This document shows, piece after piece, positions 46,500-60,215 of a stretch of DNA of 64,000 nt (the first letter of the stretch is position 1; each line of letters starts with the position of its first letter). The position numbers and the translations under genes are program-made. Location of the stretch: NCBI RefSeq assembly GCF_009914755.1, contig NC_060925.1. One strand, given 5' to 3'. The notes beneath the pieces are model-generated. The model made no database searches. It was not told the origin of the DNA and saw only the letters and a program-made list of their open reading frames with translations. The DNA comes from the human T2T-CHM13v2.0 reference genome, Homo sapiens.

Positions 46500-47367
46500 G
46501 ATGGTATGGCATGGCTCCCACTCACCAAGACTGATCTAGCTATTGCTGCTGCTGAGTGTTCGGCCTGCCAGTAACAGAGACCAACTCTGAACCTAGATAT
46601 AGCTCCATCCCTTGAGAACAACCAGCAGCCACTTGGGAAGTTGGCTATATTAAACCCTGTCTACCCTGGAAAGAGCTGTGATTCATTTTCACTGGCATAG
46701 ATGTATATTCCAGATACGAGTTCATCTTCACTGCTTGTAGAGCTTCATCCAGCACAACTCTCAAAGGGCTTATAGAATGTTTAATCTACTGGGATAGATT
46801 ATGGGATCTATAGATTATGGGATAGTCATACAGGATCCCATATGATTCCACAGCAAAGGAGGTGCAGCAGTGGGCACATGGTGACAGGGTCCACTTGTCC
46901 TTTCATCTACTGCGCTATCCTGAAGCTGCCAGCTTGCAACTGTGTCGAAGGCACAGCTGGGGCACCAGCTCAGAAACCCTGAGAGAAGAGCTGCCATCCT
47001 CCAGGGTGCAGCACATGTTCGAAATCAAAGACCGTTACGTGATGCTTTGTCTCCAATAGGTAGAATACATGAGTCCAGGAACCAAGAAATGAAAGCAGGA
47101 GTGCTCTCACTCTTACCATCACTTCTAGTGACCCACTTGGAGTGCCTCCTGTTCTCATAGTTCTGGGCTCTGCAGGTTTAGAGGTTTTGAGTCACAAAGG
47201 AGGAACACTTCCACTAAAAGAAACATCAAGATTACTATGAACTATTAGCTGTGACTGCACCCGGGCACTTGAGCTCCTCATATCAGGAGACTACTAGGCA
47301 AGAACAGTCACCATTCTTTGAGGGATAATTAATCCTGATCATCAGGAGGAGGTACAGCTGCTGTTAA

Positions 47368-47760
<393 letters not shown>

Positions 47761-48073
47761 TAAAATAATTATACAAGTGCCCAGACCGTGACCTGAGCAG
47801 GATATGCTGACTTCAGGCTCAGCCCCCTCAGGGCTGAGGGTCTAAATCATGCCTCCGTGGAAGTGACGGAGACCGGAACACGTGCTGGCTGAGGGTAAGG
47901 AGGATCTAGAATGGATAGTAGAAGAGGGAGATGATGAGTATCAGTTGTGGCCTCAAGACCAGTCAGTGATGGAGGTTGTAGTTTGTCCAACTTACTTTCC
48001 TAAGTTTCCCCCAGGAAAGGAGGTCCACCAGAACTTAAACCAAAAAGTAGAGCTGAGCAGCACAAATGTGGGC

Positions 48074-49034
<961 letters not shown>

Positions 49035-49221
49035 CTCTAGAGAAATACTTTTACATATGTGCAAAGGAGGCATGTACAAAGATTTTAATTGCAACATGGT
49101 TTGTAACAGCAAAATTTTAGAAATGGTCTAAATGCACATTTAAAAAAGAATGGTTAAATTGTACATCCAGATTTTGGAATACCGTGCAGTGGATAAAAAG
49201 AATGAGTTTAGGTTTGTATAA

Positions 49222-49527
49222 CAGCACTATCTAATAGAAATATAACACAAACCACATATGTATTTTTTAATTTTCCAGTAGCCACATAAAAAATATAAAA
49301 GGAAACAAATTAATTTTAATAATATATTTTGAGTCCAATATGCCCCAAATATTATTACTTTGACATGTGATCAATGTAAAAATTACTGAGACATTTTACA
49401 TTTTTTGTACTAAGCCTCTGAAATGTGGTATGTATTTTACTCTTACAGTGCATCTCAGTTTGGGCTAATTACCTTTTCAAGTGCTTATAGCCTCATGTGG
49501 CTAGTGGCTACTGTGTTGGACCACGCA
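49222..49527. mobile_element. MER33 (hAT-Charlie)
   Basis: cagcactatctaatagaaatataac...atgtggctagtggctactgtgttggac. Confidence 0.82.
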
Positions 49528-49769
49528 AATTTATAAGTACTGACATGGGAACATCACTGAGACATATTGTTAAGTGAAAAAAGGAAGCTGCAGTACCATA
49601 TGTACACTATGAACTATTTATGTAAGGGAAAAAAACTATTTCCATAGAAACATATTGAGAAAAAGAAAAAAAAAAGATGTGTACAGATATATACCCAATT
49701 TAGAGAGACGTTTTGGATGGGGTGAGGGGTTTTTGGTCAGGAGGGACTCACTCCCCTTGCCTGATTTTT

Positions 49770-50590
49770 TTAAATAAACTTTTTATTTCGGAGTTATTTT
49801 AGATACACAAAAAGTGGCAAAAATACAGAGAGTTCATGTATGCCCCTCACCCAGTTTCCACCATTGTTAACTTCTTACAATAGTGTGGTACATCTGTCAA
49901 AATTAAAAGTCCACTGTTGGTATACTACTATTACTAAACTCCAGACTTCACTCAGACTTTGCCAGTCTTCCCACCGATGTCCTCTTTCTGTTTCAGGATT
50001 CAGTCCAGGACCCCAGGCTGCACTCAGTCATCCTGTCTATCCTGTCTCCTCTGTTCTGTGACAGTTTCTCAGGCTTCCCTTGTTCCCCATAACCTTGACA
50101 GTCTTGAGCAGTACTGGCCAGGTGTTTCGTAGACTGTCCCTCAATTTGGGTTTGTCTGAGGATTTCTTCATGACTAAGTTGGAATTCAGGGTTTTGGGGA
50201 AGAATACCACTGAGATGAAGTGCCTGTCTCATCACTTCACAGCAGGGGGCACATGGCTTCCACAGGACTATTGACTGGTGATGCTAGCCCTGAGTGCTTG
50301 GTTACGTTAGTTTTTGCCAGATTTTCCCACTATGAAGTTGTCATTTTTCCCTTTCCATATTTTGTTTTTGGAGGCAAGTCACCAAATCTAACCCTCACTC
50401 AAAGGTTAGGGGGCTGGGGGTGGATTAAACTCCACCTCCTGGAGAGTGGAGTATCTACCTATATAATTTGGAAGGCTTCTTTAAGGAAGATTTGTCCCTT
50501 CTCTGCCATTTAATTTTTTTGATAATTTATTTATTAATATATCAATATGGACTCATTTATTTTATGCGTTGGGTTGTAATCAGATGTTTT
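49770..50590 (-). mobile_element. L1MC-type 3' end
   Basis: tacagagagttcatgtatgcccctcacccagtttcc...gtccctcaatttgggtttgtctga...ttttggggaagaataccac. Confidence 0.75.
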
Positions 50591-51199
50591 TTCATAGTGA
50601 TCATAAATTCATATAATGTATTTTTAAATGCAGAAAACATACACAACCACGTTGTGTGAGAAACAAGCTCTTATGATTGGCAAGGATTTTTCCTCCACAG
50701 CTTTTCATGTCTGCCTTTGAGTAGGATAATCATTAGCGTATTGCTATTCAACCATAGACATGCTATTTCAACTCTCCAGACCTCAATTTCCCCATCTAAG
50801 TAAGAGAATATTTTGTGAAATGGTCTCAGAGGTGAAGAAGGGGATGGTATTTGTATGTTTGTAAGTGTCCACATATTTTGTTGCCTATTAATAGACCCTT
50901 AGTCCTTAATGGTTATCTTCTTTTATTTATGTTGGAAAATGAACTCAGAGCTAATAGCCCTTGAGAACATCCTGTAAACATAATCAATATTTATATCCCC
51001 CATTACAACCCCAAAGGGTTCGCCTTCCTTGCTCTTTCACCCCTTTAAGTGGGATTAAGTTTTCCTTTTATTCCTCAGCTTTTTCTCCAGCGGCTGAAGG
51101 CTAACCTGAGGCCTAGCATTCCCAGTCCTGCTGACTTCTTTGGCCTGATTCTTGTGCCTCTCATCTAGCTATGCATAGCCACACGGATGTCCTTATCAC

Positions 51200-51567
51200 C
51201 CTGCATCATCCCCAAATTCGTATGTTGAAGTCCTCACCCCCAGTACCCCAGAATGTGACTGTATTTGGAGATAGGGCCTTTACAAAGCTAATTAAGGTAA
51301 CATGAGATCATATGGGTGAGCCCTAATCCAGTATGACTGGTGTCCTTATAAGAAGAGATTAGGATGCAGACAGCACACAGACCATGTGAGGACCAGCAAG
51401 AATGTGGCCACCTACAAGCCAAGGAGAGAGGCCTCAGAAGAAACCAAACCCACTGACACCTTGATCTTGGACATCTAGTCTCCAGAACTGCGACAAAATA
51501 AATCTGTTGTTTAAGCCATCCAGTCTGTGGTACTTTGTTATGGCAGCCCTAGTAGAAGCTAATACAC
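51200..51567 (+). mobile_element. MaLR LTR (MLT1A-like)
   Basis: ccaaattcgtatgttgaagtcct...gactggtgtccttataagaagag...gttatggcagccctag...ctaataca. Confidence 0.85.
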
Positions 51568-51594
51568 ACAACCATGAATGAAAATGCTTCTTGA

Positions 51595-51997
<403 letters not shown>

Positions 51998-53218
51998 CTA
52001 TTGCAATCTGACATACTAGGGGCTGAGTGGGAGCACAGTGGAGGGACCACTGAACTGTGCCTGTAGAGGGGCCTGGCCCGGAGGGTATCAGGAAAGGTTT
52101 AGCAGAAATGCTGACTTGTGAGCTGGGTTTGAGAGTTTTAGAGGAGTTTCCCAGGTAGGGAGTGGCATTCCAGGTACAAGGAAAGGTATGTGCAAACGTG
52201 GAAGCTAGAAGGATGTCAAAGAACAGGAGTAAGTGTGACGTGGATGGAGCCAAAGTGCAGCAGGAGGAGGAATAGCATGAAGTGAGCCTGGAGAAGGAGG
52301 TAGAGGCCAGTATGTGGGTGGCCTGAGTGCTGGGCTGGGAATTTTTACTTGGAGAACTTTAAAGGTTTTCAGGTGAGGAAACTCCTAAGTAAAATTATGG
52401 TTACATGTATCAGGGGCTTACTACGTAGGTAACTATTTGTTAACCAGCAAATATGGAGCACCTATAGCACATCAGGCATTTCGTTATCTGTTTCCCTCTC
52501 CACCTGAATGTGAACTTCTCCAGGGAAGGGACTGTCTGATTTATTTCTGTGTCCCCAGCAGAGTCTGGTACAGATCAGGGGCTCTATACACATGCACTGA
52601 CTGAGTAAATAATAGCCCAGGCAGGAGGCCAAGCCCTCCCTCAGCCATGGGTTTTCATGGTTCTGAAGTTGGTGCTGGGTCAGTAAATCTCTATATGTGC
52701 AAGAGCCCCGTCCCCTCCTGCCTGATGTAGACAGCAAGGCTCCCAAAGAAGCACTAAGGGTTGGATTACTTCAGAGCCAGAAAATACATAGCCTGTGGCA
52801 GGTTTACCTCTGAGATAAGCAGCCCACATGGCATGGAGATGACTTGAGGCCAGCTCATAAGGGAGAAGCATCCAGCATTGCCACAGGGGCCTCCAGACCA
52901 GGACTTAAGCAGATCAAATAGGGGAGGCTGTGTGTTAGAGGGGAATCAAAATCATCAAAATCATCAAAGCCCCAACCACCAGGTAGTGAACTCCTGTACA
53001 GGCTAGAGACTGTGCTGGGTACTCTGCAGTTTGCCTTAGTCTCCCAAATGTGACCCCACCCCTTAATCTTCTCTCCATCACCTTATGCCTGACCCTCTTA
53101 CCCAGTCTTCTTGGGAGCCCCTTGTCCCTTCTCTAATCAATTCTACACTCAGCAGCCAGAGTGAATGTCTAGAATATACTGCAGGTCATGTCACTCCCCT
53201 GCTCAAAACCCTTCAATG

Positions 53219-53562
<344 letters not shown>

Positions 53563-54965
53563 TCACCCTAAGAATAAAACAAAAGTCCTTACAGTGGCCT
53601 ACAAGGTCCTCCGTGTCCTGGCCTCTGGCACCATCTCCATCTTTGTCCTACCCCTGGCTCCAGCCTCTCTGGTCTTCCGTCCCTCAAACTTCCTGACTAT
53701 ACCCCTTCCTTGGGGCAGCTGCATGCACTCTTCCCTCTGCCCAGCATGCCCTGATTGCCCCGAGGTGACTTCTTGTCCTTCAGTTCTTACCTCCTCAGAG
53801 AGGCCTACCCTGGCCACCCTCTCTAATTAGGCCCACACCCCCAAGTCACTCTCTGACACATCAGTGTTGTTTTTCTTCATAGGACTTAAAACGATCAGAA
53901 GTTACCATATGCACTTCTTTATTCCCTTGCTAATTTTTTTGCTTCTCCCACCAGAGCTCTTCCTGGGAGCAGCGACCTTGTCCGTCTCTCCTTCACTGGA
54001 CCTCCAGTCCTTGGCATAGGGCTTGGCCCCATGCAGGGCTCCATGCATATGTGCTCATGAATGGATGGCACCGCCCCCGTGCCTCCAGGCTGGCCTCTGA
54101 TAGTCCACGCAGCCGAGCAGACAGTCTGGGCTCCATGGGAAGAGCTAATCCCAAGCGTGTGGACCGACAGATGGTGTGGAACCCAGAGCGGAGGCGCAGC
54201 TTTTATTAGTTTGAGTTGCTTTTGCTTGGAATAGGATTAGCATAAGTACCATCCCAGGCAAGTGGATAAGGTAAAGCTGTGTTAGTTACATTCAGATTTT
54301 GTTTCTCGGCCACAATCCTGGGCCAAACTTCTGCTGGGTCAGTCCAATTCATGCCTAAGGGTACTACTCAGGAAGGTCAACTGGAGTGGCCAGTCCCCTC
54401 TCCACATTGACCTCTAGAGTGGCCTGTCCAACTCCTAAGTCCAACCTTCCCACACCGGGCAGAAAGCTTTTTACTGGCCCCGTTGCTCCCGGGTGAGGCC
54501 TAAACACTTGATGATGATGAAGATGAAGATGTGATGATGGTAGCCATCACACAGCTCTCCCATGTAACCCTCACGACAACCCTGCAAGGCAGATAGTATC
54601 ACCATCCTCATTTGGCAAATGAAAAGCTGATGGCTCAGAGAAGTTAAATGACTTGCCCAAGGTGACTGAGCCAGTAGGCCACAGACAGGCTCCAAATCCC
54701 AGTCTGGACCGATTGGATGGGCATTCCTGGGTGGGCCGGCCTCCCTCTCTGGCAAGGCTGTCATGCTCCCCCAGTGCCCTGGCTTCAGCTTTGGCTGGAT
54801 CAGTAAAGAGCCAAGTCAAAGATCAAGTCAGGGAAACTCATGTTTTGTGGCTAAGAAGTATTGCTACCCTTAATCTCTTCACTTTCTCTTCAGCTCCATG
54901 AAGGAGCATTTAACTTTTGGAAGGAGTCATTTTCCACAAAGAAACAGTTCTTAAAAATCACTGTG

Positions 54966-55083
54966 GGTTGGGCTCACTGGCTCACACCTGTATTCCCAGC
55001 ACTTCAGGAGGCCAAGATGCAGATCACTCGAGCTTAAGAGTTCAAGACCAGCCCGGGTAACGTGGCAAAACCCCAATTCTACA

Positions 55084-55119
<36 letters not shown>

Positions 55120-55276
55120 ATAGCCAGGCATGGTGGCGTGCACCTGTAGTCCCAGCCACTAGGGAGGCTGAGGCGGGAGGATCACTTGAGCCGGGAGGTT
55201 GAGGCTGCAGTGAGCTAGGATGGTGCCACTACACTCCAGCCTGGGCGACAGAGACCCTGTCTCAAACAACAACAAA
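54966..55276 (+). mobile_element. AluJ with (CAA)n microsatellite in linker
   Basis: TSD aaaatcactgtg; (CAA)n at ~55086-55119. Confidence 0.9.
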
Positions 55277-56279
55277 ATCACTGTGTAATAATGTGTATAA
55301 TAACAATAAAAGCTAACATTTATGGAGTATTTATTAACTGCCAAGACTATGCTCAGTGCTTTTCATGCATTATCTCATTGTTTGAAATTTCAATAATTTA
55401 CGTGAATAAAGGAATTCTGCATATGTGATTTTTTTTTAAATAAGAGATTACAAAAAGGCGAAGAGAGAAAAGTAAGTCTCCCTGCCTCCTCTGCACTCCC
55501 ATGTCCCTCTTCCCCTTCCCACAGACCACGCTGTGACCAGTTCCTTTTATCCTGCAGAGAGAGTCCATGAATGACCCTCGACAGTGCTTTGAGGTATTAT
55601 TATTCTGGAGTTACATATTAGGAAACTGAGGTTCTGAGACAGGAAGTCACTTTCCCAAGGTCACACCACTTCAGGGCAAAGCTGGGAGTTCACCCCAGAT
55701 GTGCTGACTGAAGCCCATGTGTTGAGGGTCACCCTGCCTCCCACAAAGAGGAGAGAACCAGAAAGCTGAGCTGAGAAGTGTGTGCTGGGCAGCCAGCTGG
55801 ACTTGCTCACAAATAGGCTTTGGCTGCATACACTGGTCTTGAAGAATTCAAATTTGGTCCTCAGCAAACTGACAAATTATAAGCTGTTGCAGACCATGTA
55901 GGTTATTGACAAAGAGTCAAAGCTGCAAATACTACAATCCTGAATCCTACCAGTCATCGTTCTTGCTGTTTCCTGCTTCCTTGTGCCTCTACGTCCTTGG
56001 CTGGTCATTCGCAGGCGTCAGCTCAGACAAGCTGCTCAGTATAAAGAAGGTCATGGGAAGCAGAGGAGGCAGTGCACAGCTCTGCAGCTCTAACACCCGG
56101 GCTAGGCCTCAGCTCTGCCCTCTGCATGGCTGGGGCAGTCCTGTCCCTCTCCAAGCCTCAATGTCTTCACTTGGGAAATGGGAATCATTCTATCTAATCA
56201 AAAGGTTTAGAGATCCTCAAGTGAGGTAATGAAACCCAAATGATGGTAATTAGCAAAACTCCATGCAAATGTAATGTAA

Positions 56280-56575
56280 TTTTTTTTTTTTTTTTTGAGA
56301 CGGAGTCTCGCTGTGTCACCCAGGCTGGAGTGCAGTGGCGTGATCTTGGCTCACTGCAACCTCTGCCTCCTGAGTTCAAGCAATTCTCTGCCTCAGCCTC
56401 CCGAGTAGCTGGGATTACAGGCACCTGCCACCACACCCAGCTAATTTTTGTGTTTTTAGAAGAGACAGGTTATCACCATCTTGGCCAGGCTGGTCTTGAA
56501 CTCCTGACCTCCTGATCCACCCACCTCAATCTCCCAAAGTGCTGGGATTACAGGTGTGAGCCACCGTGCCCAGCT
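56280..56575 (-). mobile_element. AluS
   Basis: Full-length antisense; TSD tgcaaatgtaa. Confidence 0.92.
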
Positions 56576-56786
56576 GCAAATGTAAAATTTTAATAACAAT
56601 AAAGGAAAGTTGGAATAAACCTAGTAGCCTCTATGTGAAATAGGCTGGCTTACCTCACACCTGCTATCTGCTCACTTCCTTCCATTCCACCCACCAACCT
56701 GCATTTGTAAAATCGTTTACAGTTTACAAAATCCTTTTCATCCTGTTTCATTAGTCCTTGTCCAAGCCCTATGAGGCAGGAGGTTC

Positions 56787-56954
56787 CAAAGATGCCTTAT
56801 CCTGATGTCCCACATTGCCTTCTCTCTGGTCATGACTGCCCAGGGGCAGCAGGGGCTGAGGCTGGGCCCCCAAAGAGGGAACTCAGGTTCTTTGACTCCT
56901 AGTCCTCTCCTCTCTCGACCTGAGCAATCTCAACAGAGACGTGCATGTGATAAT
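56787..56954 (+). repeat. Dispersed direct duplicate of 58824-59078 (lacking 87 bp), inserted in a MIR
   Basis: 56787-56906 matches 58824-58943 (~107/120 by hand) and 56907-56954 matches 59031-59078 (42/48). Confidence 0.9.
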
Positions 56955-57394
56955 CACTCCCAGTTGACAGATCAGGAAACCGAGGCTCCAAAAGAAGTGA
57001 CTTGCCCAAGGTCACAGAGCTGGTGAGAGGTGGTGTGGTCCTCACACCTGGCCGTATCACTGCCCTGCTTAACACCTGCAGTGGCTGCCCTGGCCCACTG
57101 GCTAGAAGTCATGCCACTGAGCTTGGCTCTTGAGGCTTGCAGTGATCTGGCCCTCACCTCCCTCCCCAGATTAATCTCTCAGTGCCCTTTCTACACCTCT
57201 ACCTTTCCAACTGTGTCATCATTCCCCAAATGTGCAATGACTTCTTAACCCCTTGTCTTTGCACCTGATGTTCCCTCTGCCAGGCTGCCTGTGGTCTCCT
57301 GCCCATCCTTGATTAATCCCTCCTATGCTCCCTTGCCAGGTACCTGACAGAATGAGCTTTCCTTGTTGCCATCATTACTGTACTGATCATTTCG

Positions 57395-57645
57395 CAGAGT
57401 GGATCAGACCCTAGGCTTTGGAGCTAAAACTGCTTGGGTTGAAGGCCTGGCTCAGCCACTTATTAGCTGAGTGATCCTGGATAAGTTCGTCAACATCTCT
57501 GTGCTGTGGGCATGTTTTCTCAGTTGTGTTATGAAGGTCCCTCCTGGGATTGTTGCAAAGAATAAATAATACATATAGAACAGTGAGCACAGGGCCTGGC
57601 ACAGCATAAGCACTCAATATATGCTACCTCTTATTATTTTCTATT
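57395..57645 (+). mobile_element. MIR
   Basis: ggctttggagctaaaactgcttgggttgaag...ccacttattagctgagtgatcctgg...gggcctggcacagcataagcactcaata. Confidence 0.75.
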
Positions 57646-59186
57646 ATTTGTATTTGGTGATGCCTACCATCTACCCGTCCCTGTGCTGGGCATGCCTAGC
57701 TGACCCAGATGCAGTCTCTGGCTTCAGTCCCCAGGGGAGAAGAGAGGCAGGTAAATATCCCATGATAATGCATTTATTCTGACCAAGCCACTGTTTTGTT
57801 TAAATCATCCCCCATCTGCGTCATGAGCTCTAAAGAGCAAACAGCATTCTGCAACCACTTCTTCCTCACCAGACATGGACTGGGTCCTCATGTCCCCACC
57901 CCACTGCGTGTCTCATCCATGGGGAATAGTTTTGTGAGCTCCCCTTCTCTCCATGTTAACCCCAGAGTCAGGCTGTTCCCAGAGTGCAAGGGAAGACTCA
58001 GCTGCAGCACAATTTATCTCCCTGGGCTGCTCCCTCAGCTGAGATTTACGGGCTGTGCCTGTCACGGTGACCCTGCAGGCTCAATTACAGATCTGCTTCT
58101 AGGCTAGACTGGGGCAGGAACCTGCTTAGATTTGCCAAGTGGCCCCGAGGGAGAGCCACAGGCCCTGTCAAACATGGGACCTCCGAGGGCATGGGGACCA
58201 TTTAGCTGCCTCGCTTGTCACACACAAGGAAACTGAGGCTAGACACAGGAAGACACATTCAAAGCTCCCACCAGTGAAAATGGGCCCAGCATGAAGTCTA
58301 ACCTGGGCCCCTGAGTGCCATTAAGGGAGCTTATTTTACTATACGTGAGTATATGACTTCATTATTACTCAAATCGTTTTCTTTTTATGTAACAAAAATA
58401 TTTACTATGGAAACATGCTTTGAAACTTAAACCAAAAGCAAAATATTGCACTTCCATAAACAAAGACCCTATTCTGTCCCCACAAGCACATTAGAAATGT
58501 ATTAGATGAAACTTAAACATTGCCTGGCTTCACTGGCTGGTGGTTACAAAATGGAGTCCCATTTTTGCCAAAAGAGTCGATGACCCTGAGCTCCACTTCT
58601 ACATAAGCAGAAACTTATCCTTCTCAGAAGCTCCCCTAGTTATTCCTGGGAGTCCCCAAGAATAGCCACAAGGTAGCCTGTCAATTGTGGTCACCGTATT
58701 TGCCGGTCCTTCCTCTCCAACTCTGGCTCCTTCCTCATCAATATCCTCAGTTAGTGAGGCCTTTGGAAGGAGTCCCATTGCTGCTGCTGTTAATGGTGCC
58801 TGCAATGAGGACAGTGTCAGGGGCAAAGATTCCTTATCCTGGTGCCCCATACTGCCTTCTCTCTGGTCATGACTGCCCAGGGGCAGCAGGGGCTAGGCCT
58901 GAGCCCCCAAAGAGGGAACCCAGGTTCCTTAACTCCCAGTCCTACAAAGTGCAGAGTGGAGTCTGACTTACCTGCCTCCCCGCCTTGTGGATTACAACTT
59001 ATCAGTTGAGAGTCCTTGGTCAGGCCACCTCTCCTCTCTGAACCTGAACAATCTCAACAGTGACATGCAGGTGATAATACCCACTTGGAACAGTCGTCTT
59101 GAAGATCGAATGAGGTCATAGATACACAATGCCTGGCACATAGTAGGTGTTCACTGAATGAACCACTGTTACCATTATTATTATTC

Positions 59187-59675
59187 TGTCTGAGGCTGAG
59201 TTTCTCCAGAAATAGACTCTAAAACATTGATTTGAGACAAGTGGTTTATTTGAGAGGTGAGTCAGAGGAGGTGTTGGAACACCTAAAGAGGTGTTGGAAC
59301 GTGAAACAGGGAGGAAAAGAAGCCAACAAAGGGTGTGTTATCAAGCTGATTTTCCCTGTAACCAGCCAGGGCTCAATTCCACTGAGGATTCCTGGATAAT
59401 AGGGTACAACAAGCCTTACAGTTATCCCTATCAAGGGGCAAGGGAGGTGGGGTATCTATCCACCAAGAATTGTCTGGGATTTGCTGCAGGAGAACGGATA
59501 TTAGCTCGCTGACAACTTTCCTGCATGCATGCAGGCCAGGCCCGGTGGGCTCCGAGGCCAGAGAAAGTCCTCAGGCAGAGTCACAAGGGCTGGCCCTTAG
59601 AGGCTGTCAGGTCGACATGCACAGAAATGGTGAGCATCAAGGAACACAGGCAGGACACTTTCAGTATCTGCTACA
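59187..59675 (-). mobile_element. LTR33-type ERVL LTR
   Basis: tgtctgaggctgagtttctccagaa...gtttatttgagaggtga...gccaacaaagggtgtgttatcaagc...atctgctaca. Confidence 0.7.
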
Positions 59676-60023
59676 AATGCCATGTAGGGTCACTTCCTCT
59701 GAAAGACAAGACACTGAAATCTCTTTCAGGCTAGGGGAGCACAGGAGGAAGGCTACCTGGGGCCTAGTTCCAGCTGCCATCTTCTAATTGGACTGTGACC
59801 TTATTCTGCGCCATCTCTGGTCCTCAGTTTCCTCTCCTGTCAAATGGGGAGTTCAAAGCAGATGGATCTTGAGGTCCCAACCAACTCTCAGGAGTTCCTG
59901 AATTCATCTGGCTTTTTGGTTTGAGCCTCACAGCACCCCTTGGGGAGAGGTAGGAGGAGCCAGTGTGATTCTACCTGTTGAGAGGGGAACTTCCCTTCAG
60001 ACTCAGAAGGAAAGTGACTAGGC

Positions 60024-60215
60024 CAGTGATTCTCAATGTGGATTCCCTCCACCTGCAGCCTTCCATCACCTGGGCACTTGTTAGAAAATGAAAATTCTTG
60101 GGCCCCACTTTAGACCTATTAAATCAGAAACGCTGGGGCTGGGACCAGCAATCGACAACCCCCCTTTAACAAAGTCCTCAGGGAGTTCTGACCCTGGGCA
60201 TGCTCAGGTTTGAGG
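60024..60215. mobile_element. MER5A (hAT-Charlie) inside a MIR
   Basis: cagtgattctcaatgtgg...catcacctgggcacttgttagaaaatg...aatcagaaacgctggggctggg...tttaacaaag. Confidence 0.8.

Noticed and set aside
46794-46823. Short direct repeats (atagattatgggat x2; also gaggtgttggaac x2 near 59270-59300)
   Set aside because: Ordinary slippage duplications in dead elements; two copies only, not CRISPR-like.
44903-47160. Domesticated or intact retroviral pol/integrase gene
   Set aside because: Multiple frameshifts and stops, catalytic motifs degraded, and a THE1D LTR splits the integrase N-terminus.
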